Source of the DNA: an uncultured Prevotellaceae bacterium
GTDB taxonomy: Bacteria > Bacteroidota > Bacteroidia > Bacteroidales > Bacteroidaceae
NCBI GenBank assembly: GCA_900316475.1
Contig: ONDA01000023.1
Location: 15,016 to 79,015, forward strand
Direction of reading: 5' to 3'
DNA length: 64,000 bases
In this document: positions 44,261 through 55,091 of the stretch, in pieces
How positions within the stretch are numbered: the first letter of the stretch is position 1
Layout of the letters: each line of letters begins with the position of its first letter
Position numbers and translations under genes: made by a program
Notes under the pieces: generated by a model
Seen by the model: the letters and a program-made list of their open reading frames with translations, nothing else
The model's database searches: none
Told to the model about the DNA's origin: nothing

Positions 44261-47200
44261 TTACTTGGCTTCAGCCACAGCAGCCTCGTCCTCGCGGATG
44301 GTGCGGCCCATGGTGAGGTAAGCCACGGGAGCAGCGATGAAGAGCGACGACAGGGTACCGAAGATAACACCCAGAATCATGGCGAATGAGAAGCTGCGGA
44401 TGCTGTCACCACCGAGGATGAAGATACAGAGCAGCACAATCAGGGTCGTCACAGAGGTGTTGATGGTACGAGCCAACGTCTGGTTCAGCGAGTCGTTGAA
44501 CAGCATCTGACGGTCACGCTTGCCGAAGAGCTGGATGTTCTCACGGACGCGGTCGAAGACCACCACCTTATCATTAATAGAGTAACCGATCACCGTCAGG
44601 ATAGCACCGATGAACGTCTGGTCAATCTCAAGCGACATGGGTACCCAACCCCAGAGCACGCTGTAGAAGCCGATAACCACGAGGGCGTCGAAGGCCAGGG
44701 CGACCGTTGAGCCTACAGAGAAGGCTACGTTGCGGAAGCGGATGAGGATGTAGATGAAGATAGCAATCAGGGCGATGATAACCGAGATGATAGCACCGTA
44801 GGTGATGTCCTTAGCCACTGACGGGCCTACCTTAGCCGAGCTGATGATAGAGCCACCCTCACGGACATCGGGGTTCTTGAAGGCGCTGACATCAGCCTGA
44901 TTGATGAGGCTGGCCTTCTTCAGGGCATTGTACAGGATGGTCTCAGCCTTGTCGTCCACCTCGGGATTGTTCGACTCGATATCCCAGTTGGTAGAGATAC
45001 GTACCGTCTTGCCGTCGGTACCCAGTGCGATAACGCTGGTGTTAGCCTCCTGGTTGGCTTTCTCGCCGATGGTGTTGATGAAGGCACCGGCAAGAGCCTG
45101 ACGGACAGTCTCTACGGGTGTCTCCTTGTCGAGCACCACGACGTAGTTGCGTCCACCGGTGAAGTCGATGCTCTGGCTCAGGCCGCGGACGGCGAACGAG
45201 ATGCAGAAGATAACAGCTGCAGCGCCCCAGATGATGAATGACTTCTTATAGGCACCCATGAAGTTGAAGTGGGCATTCTGCATCATGTTCTTCGAGTAGG
45301 CTGTGACGAAGGTGAGCTTTGTCCACTTATCCTTCTTCAGCATGTGCTCATAGACCAGCCGTGTCAGGAACACGGCGGTGAAGAACGAGCAGAAGATACC
45401 GATAATCCAAGTGGTGGCGAAGCCCTTGACGGGGCCCGTACCGAAGAACAGCAAGATGAAACCGGTAATCAGTGAAGTGACGTTCGAGTCGAAGATAGCC
45501 GAGAAGGCGTTCGAGTAACCCTTGTTCAGAGCCTCCTTGACGCTGAGACCCTTGCGCAGCTCCTCCTTGGCGCGCTCGTAGATCAGCACGTTGGCGTCGA
45601 CGGCCGTACCGAGCGTCAGCACGATACCGGCGATACCAGGCATGGTCAGAGCGGCCTGGAACGAGGTGAGAATACCCATTGTGAAGAACAGGTTGAACAG
45701 CAGGGCGCAGTCAGCCATCAGACCGGGAACAGGACCGTACAGCATAATCATGTAGATCATCAGCAGTACGAAGGCTACGATGAACGAGATGATACCCTGC
45801 TGGATAGACTGTGCACCGAGTGACGGGCCTACCACCTCTTCTTGTACGATGCGCGTAGGAGCCGGCATCTTACCAGAGTTCAGCGTGTTAGCCAGGTCCT
45901 TGGTATCCTCGATGGTGAAGTTACCCGTAATCTGTGAGTTACCACCGTCAATCTGTGTGAGGATACGGGGAGCGGAGTAAACGGCATCATCGAGGACGAT
46001 AGCTACGCCGCGACCGATGTTCTGCTTTGTTATCTGGCTCCAGCGGCGGGCACCGTCAGAGTTCATCTGCATTGACACAGAGGGGTGGCCCATCTGGTCG
46101 AAGTCGTCCTTGGAGCTGGTGATGACGTCACCCTCTAACGGAGCACGGCCGTTAGGCTCGGTAATCTTCAGTGCATAGAGAGCGAAGATGTCGCCATGGG
46201 TGGTCTCACCGCCAAAGTCCTCGGCCTTGGCACCCCAGCGCAGTTTGCACTCTGCAGGCAGCACCTGAGCAGCAAGCTCAGAGTAGATAATCTTGTTGAC
46301 GTCAGCAGTATCGCGGGCGTTAGCATAACCGACAACGGCCAGTCCCTGTCCCTGAACGGGCTGGAAGACGGCAAACAGCGGGTTCTGCTGCTTCATCTGC
46401 TCGCGAACCTGTGCTTCTACGCCCTTGTTGGCAGCGCCTTTCTTGGCCAGCTTGGCAGCCAGGTCGGTGGCAGCGGCCTTCACGGTGTCAGTAGCAGCAG
46501 CCTCAGCAACGGCGGTCGTATCGGCAGCAACGGTGTCGTTGCTGACGGTGGCCTCACCACCCTGGGCAGCATATTTCTGGTTCAGCGTAGCCAACAGGGG
46601 AACAATCTCCTGCGAGTTGTAGGTCTCCCAGAACTCCAGGTTGGCCGAGCCCTGGAGCAGCTTACGCACACGCTCCGGCTCCTTGATACCAGGCATCTCG
46701 ACCATGATGCGGCCCGACTGTCCCTCCAGCTTCTGGATGTTGGGCTGAACGACGCCGAACTTGTCGATACGGTTACGAACCACGTTGAACGAGTTGTCGA
46801 CGGCCGACTGGATTTCTGCGCGCAGGGCAGTCTCCACCTCTGAGTCGGTAGACTGTGTGCTCACCTTGCCCTTCATCTGCTGGGTAGCAAAGATGGCGGC
46901 CAGGGGGCGACCGTTCGAATTCTGTTTCCAATACTTGATGAACAGCGAGAGGAAGTCGTCCTGACTGGTCTCCTCTTCCTTTTTAGCCTGCTCCATCGAC
47001 TTCTTGTAGGCAGCGTCCTGCTTGTGGTCGGCCAGCACGTCGACGACGTCGGGCACTGACACCTCGAGGATAACGTTCATACCGCCTTTCAGGTCAAGAC
47101 CCAGGCCAATTTCCATCTCACGGCACTGCTTCAGCGAGTAAATGCCCATGTAGACTTTCTCGTTCATGATGCTGTCGAGATACTCCTGACCAGCCTCCTC

Positions 47201-47317
47201 GCCCATAGCGGCAGCCTTACTCTCGTAGTGGCGTGTGACGAATGAGAAGGAGAGGTAGAAGCAGCATACCAGCACCAGAAGCACTGCAATAAACTTTACA
47301 ATTCCTTTGTTTTGCAT
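44261..47317 (-). CDS. secDF: Protein translocase subunit SecDF
   Basis: GLGLDLKGG, RNRIDKFGV, VGPSLG, AVDANVLIYER, IDFTGG, GYSINDKVVVFDR. Confidence 0.97.
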   Translation of the reverse strand: MQNKGIVKFIAVLLVLVCCFYLSFSFVTRHYESKAAAMGEEAGQEYLDSIMNEKVYMGIYSLKQCREMEIGLGLDLKGGMNVILEVSVPDVVDVLADHKQDAAYKKSMEQAKKEEETSQDDFLSLFIKYWKQNSNGRPLAAIFATQQMKGKVSTQSTDSEVETALRAEIQSAVDNSFNVVRNRIDKFGVVQPNIQKLEGQSGRIMVEMPGIKEPERVRKLLQGSANLEFWETYNSQEIVPLLATLNQKYAAQGGEATVSNDTVAADTTAVAEAAATDTVKAAATDLAAKLAKKGAANKGVEAQVREQMKQQNPLFAVFQPVQGQGLAVVGYANARDTADVNKIIYSELAAQVLPAECKLRWGAKAEDFGGETTHGDIFALYALKITEPNGRAPLEGDVITSSKDDFDQMGHPSVSMQMNSDGARRWSQITKQNIGRGVAIVLDDAVYSAPRILTQIDGGNSQITGNFTIEDTKDLANTLNSGKMPAPTRIVQEEVVGPSLGAQSIQQGIISFIVAFVLLMIYMIMLYGPVPGLMADCALLFNLFFTMGILTSFQAALTMPGIAGIVLTLGTAVDANVLIYERAKEELRKGLSVKEALNKGYSNAFSAIFDSNVTSLITGFILLFFGTGPVKGFATTWIIGIFCSFFTAVFLTRLVYEHMLKKDKWTKLTFVTAYSKNMMQNAHFNFMGAYKKSFIIWGAAAVIFCISFAVRGLSQSIDFTGGRNYVVVLDKETPVETVRQALAGAFINTIGEKANQEANTSVIALGTDGKTVRISTNWDIESNNPEVDDKAETILYNALKKASLINQADVSAFKNPDVREGGSIISSAKVGPSVAKDITYGAIISVIIALIAIFIYILIRFRNVAFSVGSTVALAFDALVVIGFYSVLWGWVPMSLEIDQTFIGAILTVIGYSINDKVVVFDRVRENIQLFGKRDRQMLFNDSLNQTLARTINTSVTTLIVLLCIFILGGDSIRSFSFAMILGVIFGTLSSLFIAAPVAYLTMGRTIREDEAAVAEAK

Positions 47318-47424
47318 TTTTGTTATTTATAATAATTATTTATTTATACGCGCAATTGAGCCTGCAAATATACACATTTTTTTATGGTTGGGAAAATTTC
47401 TTGGCATTTTTCAGCAAAAAAACG

Positions 47425-48516
47425 CTATTTATCCTTCATTTTTAACGAACAAACCACAGGATAATGGTCACTGAAGTCAATTTTAGAGTCAATTTCACAA
47501 TTGTATGGCGTGAAGTGAGAAGAGCATAAAATGTGGTCTATACGCACCCAAAATCCTTTCTGATTATATGACAAACCGATTCCCCGTCCAGATTGTTTGA
47601 AGCAGTCAGTCAGGCGCTGTGCCAAGGCGTGGCGCGTATAGGATATTGGGGTGTCGTTGAAGTCGCCACATACGATGGTGGGATATTGGCTGTGCTCCTC
47701 CATGTAGCGCAAAATATTGTCAACGCCGTTGGCTCGAAGTACCGCAGCTTCTCCCAACTTGTCGATAAGCAGCATCGACTCTGCGCGTGCAGTATCGCTG
47801 TCCATATCGCCTCGCAACAGGTCCTTATATCGTGTGCGGTCCTCTGTGGTGAGATGAGAACTTTCCAAGTGGTTGTTGATGACCAACAGCGTGTCGCTTC
47901 CGCATAGCAGGAAATAGGCGACGGAGCCGTTTGCCGATGACGGGTACATGATACGCTCTTTGCGCAGGATGGGATAGCGGCTGTGTATGCCCACGGCATT
48001 CAAAGATTCCGATGTGTTACAGACGACGGTAGTGTCGTTATAGGGGAAATATTTCTCAAAACGCAGAAAGGCATAGCGGCGCCACGTGTCGACATCTTCC
48101 TGCAGACAGACGATGTCGGCCTGCTGCTGGCCCAGATAGTCCACAATACGTTCAAAGGCATCTTCGTACTTATAGTTGCCGCCATAGGAGCACACGTTAT
48201 AGGTCACCACCTTGATGGAGCCATCGGGAATATCCTGACGCGGGTTCAATGGCAGGTAGATCGAGATGGGCGGGTATGCCAGCAGATAGCCGACAATGGG
48301 AATCCACAGCCGCTTCCATTTAAAGACAATCCAGAATAGCAGAAACAGCAGGTTTAACAACAGGAACATCGGAAACGTCAGCCCCAGCACAGACAATAGC
48401 GGATGGTCAGGAGGATACAGACGGTCGGCATAGCCTGTTGCCAGCATAAGAAGCACCGTCGCGAAGTTGGCTCCGGCTATCAGGTTGAGTGTAAATTGCT
48501 TAAGTTGCTTAATCAT
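47425..48516 (-). CDS. Endonuclease/exonuclease/phosphatase family membrane protein
   Basis: TYNV, VCLQE, NNHL, CGDFND, RIDHI, SDHYPV. Confidence 0.9.
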   Translation of the reverse strand: MIKQLKQFTLNLIAGANFATVLLMLATGYADRLYPPDHPLLSVLGLTFPMFLLLNLLFLLFWIVFKWKRLWIPIVGYLLAYPPISIYLPLNPRQDIPDGSIKVVTYNVCSYGGNYKYEDAFERIVDYLGQQQADIVCLQEDVDTWRRYAFLRFEKYFPYNDTTVVCNTSESLNAVGIHSRYPILRKERIMYPSSANGSVAYFLLCGSDTLLVINNHLESSHLTTEDRTRYKDLLRGDMDSDTARAESMLLIDKLGEAAVLRANGVDNILRYMEEHSQYPTIVCGDFNDTPISYTRHALAQRLTDCFKQSGRGIGLSYNQKGFWVRIDHILCSSHFTPYNCEIDSKIDFSDHYPVVCSLKMKDK

Positions 48517-49439
48517 GAATTCCTGCTGGCTTCGAAGAGCTTCTGTTTCTCTTCCTTAGTCAGACTGTCGTAGCCGCTTTTGCGTATCTTGTCGAGGATG
48601 GCGTCTATCTCGTCCTGATGTTGCTTCTTGCGGGCGTTATACTCCATGTCGTCCATTCGGTCGGTCCCTCCTTGCTCTACGTGCATATGGCTATTGCCGC
48701 GCCGCCGGTCGAAATTCTGCTTCAGACGGTCGAAGAACTCCTGACCGCCCGAACGGTTGTAGCTTGAGTCGGGATGGCTGTTCCAGTAGCGTATCATCAG
48801 GAATCCGAAGAGCATACCGCCCAAGTGGGCCATATGGGCGACGCCGTCGCCCGACGAGCCGATGGCAGAGAACAGTTCGATGGCTGCATAGCCACAAACA
48901 AACCACTTCGCCTTGATGGGAATAGGCAGCGGAAAGATGAAGATGCGCTCGTTGGGAAATATCATGCCGAAGGCCAAGAGCACGGCGTAGGTGGCTCCAG
49001 AAGCACCGATGGTTGTCCAGCCATTGAGTGCTTGGCTCAGCTGCCGTCCAAGGACAAAGAGTTCTGAGAAGGTGACACTTGGCTCTTGGGCTGTAATGCG
49101 GAAATAGAAGTCGAAGAACTGTACGATTTCCTGCATAAGTCCGGCGCCGATGCCGCACGAAATGTAATAAAAAAGGAATTTCTTCGGTCCCCATACATTC
49201 TCTACTACGCAACCGAACATCCACAGTGCAAACATATTAAAGAAAATATGCGTCAGGTTGGCGTGCAGGAACATATAAGTGACGAACTGGAACAGGTGGA
49301 AATCGCTGGCCATGAAAAAGTGCAGGCCACCGATGTTGGCCAGGTCGATTCCGCGCAGTTGTAGAATCCATGTTGCTACAAATGCCAGGAAATTGACAAT
49401 GAGCAGATTCTTGGTGATAGTGGGTATACTGCGAAACAC
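48513..49439 (-). CDS. Rhomboid family intramembrane serine protease
   Basis: HIFFNM, IGASGA, AHMAHLGG. Confidence 0.93.
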   Translation of the reverse strand: MFRSIPTITKNLLIVNFLAFVATWILQLRGIDLANIGGLHFFMASDFHLFQFVTYMFLHANLTHIFFNMFALWMFGCVVENVWGPKKFLFYYISCGIGAGLMQEIVQFFDFYFRITAQEPSVTFSELFVLGRQLSQALNGWTTIGASGATYAVLLAFGMIFPNERIFIFPLPIPIKAKWFVCGYAAIELFSAIGSSGDGVAHMAHLGGMLFGFLMIRYWNSHPDSSYNRSGGQEFFDRLKQNFDRRRGNSHMHVEQGGTDRMDDMEYNARKKQHQDEIDAILDKIRKSGYDSLTKEEKQKLFEASRNS

Positions 49440-49696
49440 GGTTTTTCTAACTATTTACTGATTAACTCCTTGATGCTTTTTGTCGCGGCACGTTTTTTGC
49501 CGCTTTTCGAATGCAAAATTACGAAAAATATCTGTTTCTCAGTACAAAAATGGCCGTTAAGCAACTATTTTTCATTAAAAAAGCAATTTTTTTTGTTTTT
49601 TTGTTGTTTATCTGAATACTTTACCCTATATTTGCGGTGAAATTCTGAACTTAAAGCAATTTTATCATTTATAAATCATTAAATTAATAACAAATT

Positions 49697-49969
49697 ATGA
49701 ACAAAACAGAATTAGTAGAGAAGATTGCAGCTGGTGCTGGTCTTTCAAAAATTGACGCAAAGAAGGCTTTGGACGCTACTGTAGCAGCTATTAAGGACGC
49801 TCTTGTAGCAGGCGACAAGATTGCCCTCGTTGGTTTCGGTACTTTCAGCATTAGCGAGCGTCCTGCTCGTGAGGGTATCAACCCCGCTACTAAGGAGAAG
49901 ATCACCATCGCTGCCAAGAAGGTTGCCAAGTTTAAGGCTGGTGCTGAGCTGGCTGACGCCCTGAACTAA
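49697..49969 (+). CDS. hup: DNA-binding protein HU
   Basis: MNKTEL, LVGFGTF, GINPAT, KFKAG. Confidence 0.97.
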   Translation: MNKTELVEKIAAGAGLSKIDAKKALDATVAAIKDALVAGDKIALVGFGTFSISERPAREGINPATKEKITIAAKKVAKFKAGAELADALN

Positions 49970-49987
49970 TTTTTGTAATAAAAAATC

Positions 49988-50030
49988 AAAGGAAAAGAGG
50001 CGGTTCCTGCGGAGCCGCCTCTTTTCCTTT
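49988..50030. terminator. Bidirectional terminator after hup
   Basis: aaaggaaaagaggcggttcc-tgc-ggagccgcctcttttccttt. Confidence 0.85.
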
Positions 50031-50049
50031 ATGATGAGGAAGGCGAGCC

Positions 50050-50943
50050 TTAGCTTTCCAGTCCGCGCAATATCATGCCCCAGCCGCTGAAGACGAACCA
50101 CAGAGCGACGATGGTCAACAGGCCACCTACTAAGCCGATAACGGGAATGAGTCCGATGATAAAGGCGACGATAACCAGAATCATGCTGGTACGCAGCTTA
50201 CCGGCACCAGCCTGACCTTCCAATCCGACGGTTGCTGATCGCGTGAGGTTGCCGTAGCCGATAAACTCGAGAATGAAGGCAACGATGTTGGCAATGCCGA
50301 TGAGGATGCCGAGGACGAAGCCGATGAGTGGAATCCAGCCAAGCAGCACCTTGATGGCAAAGCCGATGATGCCTATCCATGCGGCAATCTTCAGTTTCGA
50401 CACACCGCTCTGGCCATTGGCATCGAGCGAACGGCCGAACTTGCCAAGTGCGATGATAAAGATAACCAGTGCCACAAGACCGGCGATGGCCGTAGAAATC
50501 TTTCCGTCGATGTTGTAGTAGAAGTGTACAAGGGTTGTCATCAGAATGAGATAGGCTCCCTGTGAACTCTCCAGTTTCCAGACGATTCCCAGACTGTCCT
50601 TACCCATATAGAGGGCGACGAGCATCAGGATCAAGGCTACGTAGTCGAGCCAGACGGGGGTACCGGGAATCAGGGTGATGAGTGTCAGGGCCAGAGCACC
50701 TCCCAGCACACAGAGATAGGGCACAGGAATCTGGTCTTTCATACCATCATACAGTTTGTAACAGGCCCAGCCGGCCCCCAAGAGACCCACGACGCGAGCG
50801 ATGATAACGGTGATGCTTAGACCGCCTAAGCCCAGTGCAGAGCTGATGACCGACCCGAAGTCTGGCAGAAGCGAACAGGCCAGGAGTAGTGTGCAGAACT
50901 GCAGTTGAACGAATTGGTCTTTCTTTAATGTTTCTTCCATCAT
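50050..50943 (-). CDS. Multi-pass membrane protein of unknown function
   Basis: About 9 hydrophobic segments; own -7 box at 50986-50993. Confidence 0.7.
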   Translation of the reverse strand: MMEETLKKDQFVQLQFCTLLLACSLLPDFGSVISSALGLGGLSITVIIARVVGLLGAGWACYKLYDGMKDQIPVPYLCVLGGALALTLITLIPGTPVWLDYVALILMLVALYMGKDSLGIVWKLESSQGAYLILMTTLVHFYYNIDGKISTAIAGLVALVIFIIALGKFGRSLDANGQSGVSKLKIAAWIGIIGFAIKVLLGWIPLIGFVLGILIGIANIVAFILEFIGYGNLTRSATVGLEGQAGAGKLRTSMILVIVAFIIGLIPVIGLVGGLLTIVALWFVFSGWGMILRGLES

Positions 50944-51071
50944 AGAAATAATTGTTTAAAGGTTAGTATAATAGGTAATCGGCCACAAAGTTACAAAAAT
51001 AATTTAAATTGACAGCTTAAATAGATAATTTTTCGTAACTTTGCAGCCAAATTTTTTAATTTGACTAAAAA

Positions 51072-52577
51072 ATGGCTTACACACGTATGACGGCTGCCGA
51101 GGCGGCAGCGCTTATCAAGAATGGCGACCATATCGCCATGAGTGGTTTTACTCCTGCCGGTGTGGCAAAGGCTACGACCAAGGAGCTGGCAAAGATTGCA
51201 GTGGCTAAGCACGAGGCTGGCCGCGAGTTCAAGGTTGCTATTTTCACGGGTGCTTCCACGGGACAGTCTACCGACGGCGACCTGGCCAATGCTCAGGCCA
51301 TCCTCTACCGTGCACCTTACACGACGAACCCCGACTTCCGCAAGCATGTCAATCTGGGAGAGATTCCCTACAACGACCTGCACCTGAGCCACATGGCACA
51401 GGAGCTGCGCTATGGCTTCTACGGCGATGTGGACTGGGCCATCCTCGAGGTCTGCGACATCGAGGAGGTGGGCAACGACTATCACGTCTATCTGACAGCT
51501 GCCGGTGGCATCTCGCCCACGGCTGCCCGTCTGGCCAAGCACGTCATCCTGGAGCTGAACTCGTTCCACAATCCCAACGCCAAGTTCATCCACGACGTCT
51601 ATGAGCCTCTGGACCCCCCTTATCGCAAGGCTATACCCATCGAGCACGTCGGCGACCGCATCGGCAAGTCCTACGTGTCGATTCCCAAGGAGAAGGTGGC
51701 AGGCGTCGTAGAGTGCAACATCCCCGACGAGGCCCGTGCCTTCAAGGACAGCGACCCCGTGACCGACAAGATTGGTTTCCTGACCGCAGAGTTCCTCGTT
51801 GAGGAGATGCACAAGGGCCGCATTCCCCGCGAGTTTCTGCCCCTGCAGAGTGGTGTCGGCTCGACGGCCAATGCCATCCTTGGCGCCCTGGGCGAGGACA
51901 AGCACGTGCCCGACTTCAACATCTATACCGAGGTTATCCAGAACTCCGTCATCGAGATGATGCTCAACGGTCGTGTGAAGGACGCTTCGGCCTGCTCGCT
52001 CACCGTGTCGAACGAGTGTCTGATGCAGGTCTACGACAATATGGACTATATGAAGCAGCACCTGACGCTGCGCCAGAGCGAGATTTCCAACTCGCCGGAG
52101 ATTATCCGCCGCTTAGGTGTCATCGCCATCAACACGGCTATCGAGGCCGACCTCTACGGCAACGTCAACTCGACGCACATCAGCGGCACGAAGATGATGA
52201 ACGGCATCGGCGGCAGCGGCGACTTCATCCGCAACGCGTACCTCTCTATATTTACGTGCCCGTCGGTGGCCAAGGGTGGCGTCATTTCCAGCATCGTGCC
52301 TTTCGTCTCTCATCAGGACAGCTCGGAGCACGACGTGAACATCATCGTCACCGAGCAGGGTGTTGCCGACCTTCGCGGCAAGTCGCCTGCCCAGCGTGCC
52401 GAGTGCATCATCGAGAACTGTGCCCACCCCGACTACAAGCAGTTGCTCTGGGACTACCTCAAGATCTCGAAGATGGGCCAGACGCGCCACAACCTCACCG
52501 CCGCCTTCGCCATGCACGACACGCTGGCTCGCAAGGGCGACATGAAGCTGACCGACTTTGCGGAATACGTCAAGTAA
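51072..52577 (+). CDS. Acetyl-CoA hydrolase/transferase family (succinate CoA-transferase-like)
   Basis: SGFTPAG, PLQSGVG, EADLYGNVNS, NGIGGSGDF, VTEQGVADLRG. Confidence 0.92.
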   Translation: MAYTRMTAAEAAALIKNGDHIAMSGFTPAGVAKATTKELAKIAVAKHEAGREFKVAIFTGASTGQSTDGDLANAQAILYRAPYTTNPDFRKHVNLGEIPYNDLHLSHMAQELRYGFYGDVDWAILEVCDIEEVGNDYHVYLTAAGGISPTAARLAKHVILELNSFHNPNAKFIHDVYEPLDPPYRKAIPIEHVGDRIGKSYVSIPKEKVAGVVECNIPDEARAFKDSDPVTDKIGFLTAEFLVEEMHKGRIPREFLPLQSGVGSTANAILGALGEDKHVPDFNIYTEVIQNSVIEMMLNGRVKDASACSLTVSNECLMQVYDNMDYMKQHLTLRQSEISNSPEIIRRLGVIAINTAIEADLYGNVNSTHISGTKMMNGIGGSGDFIRNAYLSIFTCPSVAKGGVISSIVPFVSHQDSSEHDVNIIVTEQGVADLRGKSPAQRAECIIENCAHPDYKQLLWDYLKISKMGQTRHNLTAAFAMHDTLARKGDMKLTDFAEYVK

Positions 52578-52596
52578 ACCTGATACACAGCAAAAG

Positions 52597-52626
52597 AAGA
52601 ATGGGACCCGCCTGGGTCCCATTCTT
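52597..52626. terminator. Hairpin terminator between convergent genes
   Basis: aagaatgggaccc-gcct-gggtcccattctt perfect stem. Confidence 0.8.
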
Positions 52627-52709
52627 TCATAAACGGGCTTTCGCTCAGAAGAGCATCATCATCTGTTCTGCACTATTGCGGTACAAGGATAACGAAAGAG
52701 TGATAACCG

Positions 52710-53417
52710 TTAATCGTATTCTACTTTCCACGCAGCACTGCCAGCATTGACAAATCGGAGCAAGTCGCTAAACTGGCTTATCTTCTGCATCTGGGGGTGC
52801 TCGAACTCCTCCACCGTCTCCAACTGCCACGTCACGTGGAAGGGAATGTGTATAGCCCAGGCGCCGACAGCCAAGGCCGGCGCTATGTCGCTCTTCAGCG
52901 AGTTGCCCACCATAAGCAGCTCCGAGGGATGACACTGCTGGTGCTCGCAGAGAGCCAGGAACTCCGCCTGCCCCTTGTCGCTGGTAATCTCGACGTCGTC
53001 GAAATACTTCAGCAGTCCGGAGCGGCGCAGCTTGTTCTCCTGATCCTGCAGCTCACCTTTGGTGAAGCACACTTTGCGGTAGCCGTCGATGGCTGCCAGG
53101 GTCTGCTCCACACCGGGCAGTGGCGTGGCCGGCAGTTGCAGCAGTTTCTTACACTGGCCGAGCAGTGCTGACAATTCCTCGCTGCCGACATGGCTTCCCC
53201 CTACCCTCAAGGCCGTCTCTATGATAGAAATGGTAAAAGCCTTGCAGCCGTAGCCCAGGTCGGTCATGTTGCCGCTCTCGGTCTTGAACAGCTCGCGTGC
53301 GGGGTCGTCACAGAAAGGGGCAATGAGGCTGTAGAGCTGATTCTCTACGGCCTCAAAGTACGACTGACAGTCCCACAGTGTGTCGTCGGCATCGAAAGCA
53401 ATAACTTTCCAGTTCAT
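52710..53417 (-). CDS. HAD-superfamily hydrolase
   Basis: FDADDTLW, TKG, MVGNSLKSDI. Confidence 0.88.
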   Translation of the reverse strand: MNWKVIAFDADDTLWDCQSYFEAVENQLYSLIAPFCDDPARELFKTESGNMTDLGYGCKAFTISIIETALRVGGSHVGSEELSALLGQCKKLLQLPATPLPGVEQTLAAIDGYRKVCFTKGELQDQENKLRRSGLLKYFDDVEITSDKGQAEFLALCEHQQCHPSELLMVGNSLKSDIAPALAVGAWAIHIPFHVTWQLETVEEFEHPQMQKISQFSDLLRFVNAGSAAWKVEYD

Positions 53418-53430
53418 CGCCCCAGCCAGC

Positions 53431-54963
53431 TCAGTCGTCAGTCTCGCCTTTTACCTCCAGGATGGGTTCACCGATGCAGGCATTGGGCTGCTGGATGTGC
53501 AACATCTGGCAAACGGTGGCGGCAATGTCGGTGATATGCACCTCGCGAGAGGTAGCGCCGTGATCGACCTTCCACCCGTAGAAGAGCAAGGGGATATGAG
53601 CGTCGTAGGGATTCCACTCGCCATGAGTGGTGCCTACGGGCGACGACGCTTTGCCAAAGCTGTAATAGCCAGGCTCGGGCACCACCAGGATGTCGCCCGA
53701 GCGGCGGTAGTGATAGCCTAACAAGGCACGGTCGCGAATGACGGCGGGCAGACTCTGACTTGCGGCATGCTCGAAATCGACGACGAAGCTGACGTGCGGC
53801 GACTGCCGCAGGTATTCAATAGCGATGGCCTTCACCTGCTCGTAGTCGAGACCTTGCTCACTGATGGCCTGACGGTCGAGGAAGTATCGGCAGTCCAGCT
53901 CGCCGGCCACCACCGGACGGCTGTTGCCCAGCTTCTTGGCAATAGCAGCGTCCATACCGTTCTGCATATCGGGGTTGAGCCATTTGCCCGCTGGCAGCTT
54001 GTGGTCTTGCATGAACTGGAAGTTATGGGCAGCACCGTGGTCGGCGGTCAGGAACAACAGATAGTTGCCGCGTCCCACCTGCTCGTCGAGTGCCGTCAGC
54101 AGACGGCCCAGGTCCTTGTCCAGCTGCAGGTAGGCAGCGTCGGTACGCTCACCGCGTGTGCTCCACTTATGGCCGATGACGTCGGTCTGCGAGTAGCTCA
54201 CGCAGAGCATGTCGGTGACGTCGCCCTTGCCCAGCTGCTCACCCTTCAGGGCGGCGATGGCCATGTCGGTGGTGACAGTGCCGCAGAGGGGAGAGAGGCC
54301 GATGTCGCCTTTGGCTTTCTTGATGGCCTTCACCTCTTTATCGGCATCCATCTTCTTGTTAAAGTCACGTACCCACGACGGCAGCTCCGTCATGTAATAG
54401 GTGCTGGTGATAAACTGCAGGTTCTTCGTGTCGAGCCAGTAGGCTGCCGTTGCCGAGTGGCCGGCAGGGAGGATGGCGGCACGGTCTTTATAGCTCACGC
54501 CGATGACCTTCGACTTGAAGTCGGTATGCAGGCGCAGCTGGTCGCCGATGGTTGTGGCCAGCATATTGCGCGGCGACATCTGGCCCTTCTTCTGGTTGTC
54601 GGTACCGACGACGTTGACCGTAGAGTCGTCGGTGCAGTAGATCTTACGGCCGTCTTTGAAGAAGTTGTTGCCACAGATGCCGTGGAACGCCGGCGTGGTG
54701 CCAGTATAGATGGACGTGTGGCCTATCGACGTCACCGTCGGGATATAGTTGATCAGGCAGTTGTCGCAGGAAAAGCCATCACCTATCAGCCGCCGGAAGC
54801 CGTCGTTGGTAAACTGGTGGTAGTAACGCGACAGGTAGTCCCAGCGCATCTGGTCTACGACGACGCCTACTACTAACTTCGGCTGTTCGCCGAACTGGGG
54901 CTGAGCGACGGCCGGTGTCAGACAGGCCGCCAACAGCACCAAAAGCAATAATTTCTTCATCAT
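53431..54963 (-). CDS. Alkaline phosphatase family protein (PafA-like)
   Basis: GVVVDQMRWDYL, TVTSIGH, TADHG, HGEWNPYDAHIPL; start reassigned to 54963. Confidence 0.9.
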   Translation of the reverse strand: MMKKLLLLVLLAACLTPAVAQPQFGEQPKLVVGVVVDQMRWDYLSRYYHQFTNDGFRRLIGDGFSCDNCLINYIPTVTSIGHTSIYTGTTPAFHGICGNNFFKDGRKIYCTDDSTVNVVGTDNQKKGQMSPRNMLATTIGDQLRLHTDFKSKVIGVSYKDRAAILPAGHSATAAYWLDTKNLQFITSTYYMTELPSWVRDFNKKMDADKEVKAIKKAKGDIGLSPLCGTVTTDMAIAALKGEQLGKGDVTDMLCVSYSQTDVIGHKWSTRGERTDAAYLQLDKDLGRLLTALDEQVGRGNYLLFLTADHGAAHNFQFMQDHKLPAGKWLNPDMQNGMDAAIAKKLGNSRPVVAGELDCRYFLDRQAISEQGLDYEQVKAIAIEYLRQSPHVSFVVDFEHAASQSLPAVIRDRALLGYHYRRSGDILVVPEPGYYSFGKASSPVGTTHGEWNPYDAHIPLLFYGWKVDHGATSREVHITDIAATVCQMLHIQQPNACIGEPILEVKGETDD

Positions 54964-55091
54964 TTCTTGTCTGTTTATGTTATAACGGTTGCAAATATAA
55001 CACAATTTCCCGATATCTGCAACTTTTTCCTTACGAAACATTTCTATGTTTTGAAATTAATTCGTAACTTTGCCAGAAAAACAGAAAATCT

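Noticed and set aside
53190-53215. Possible further C-rich repeat copy in the HAD gene
   Set aside because: No convincing stem; compatible with ordinary coding sequence.
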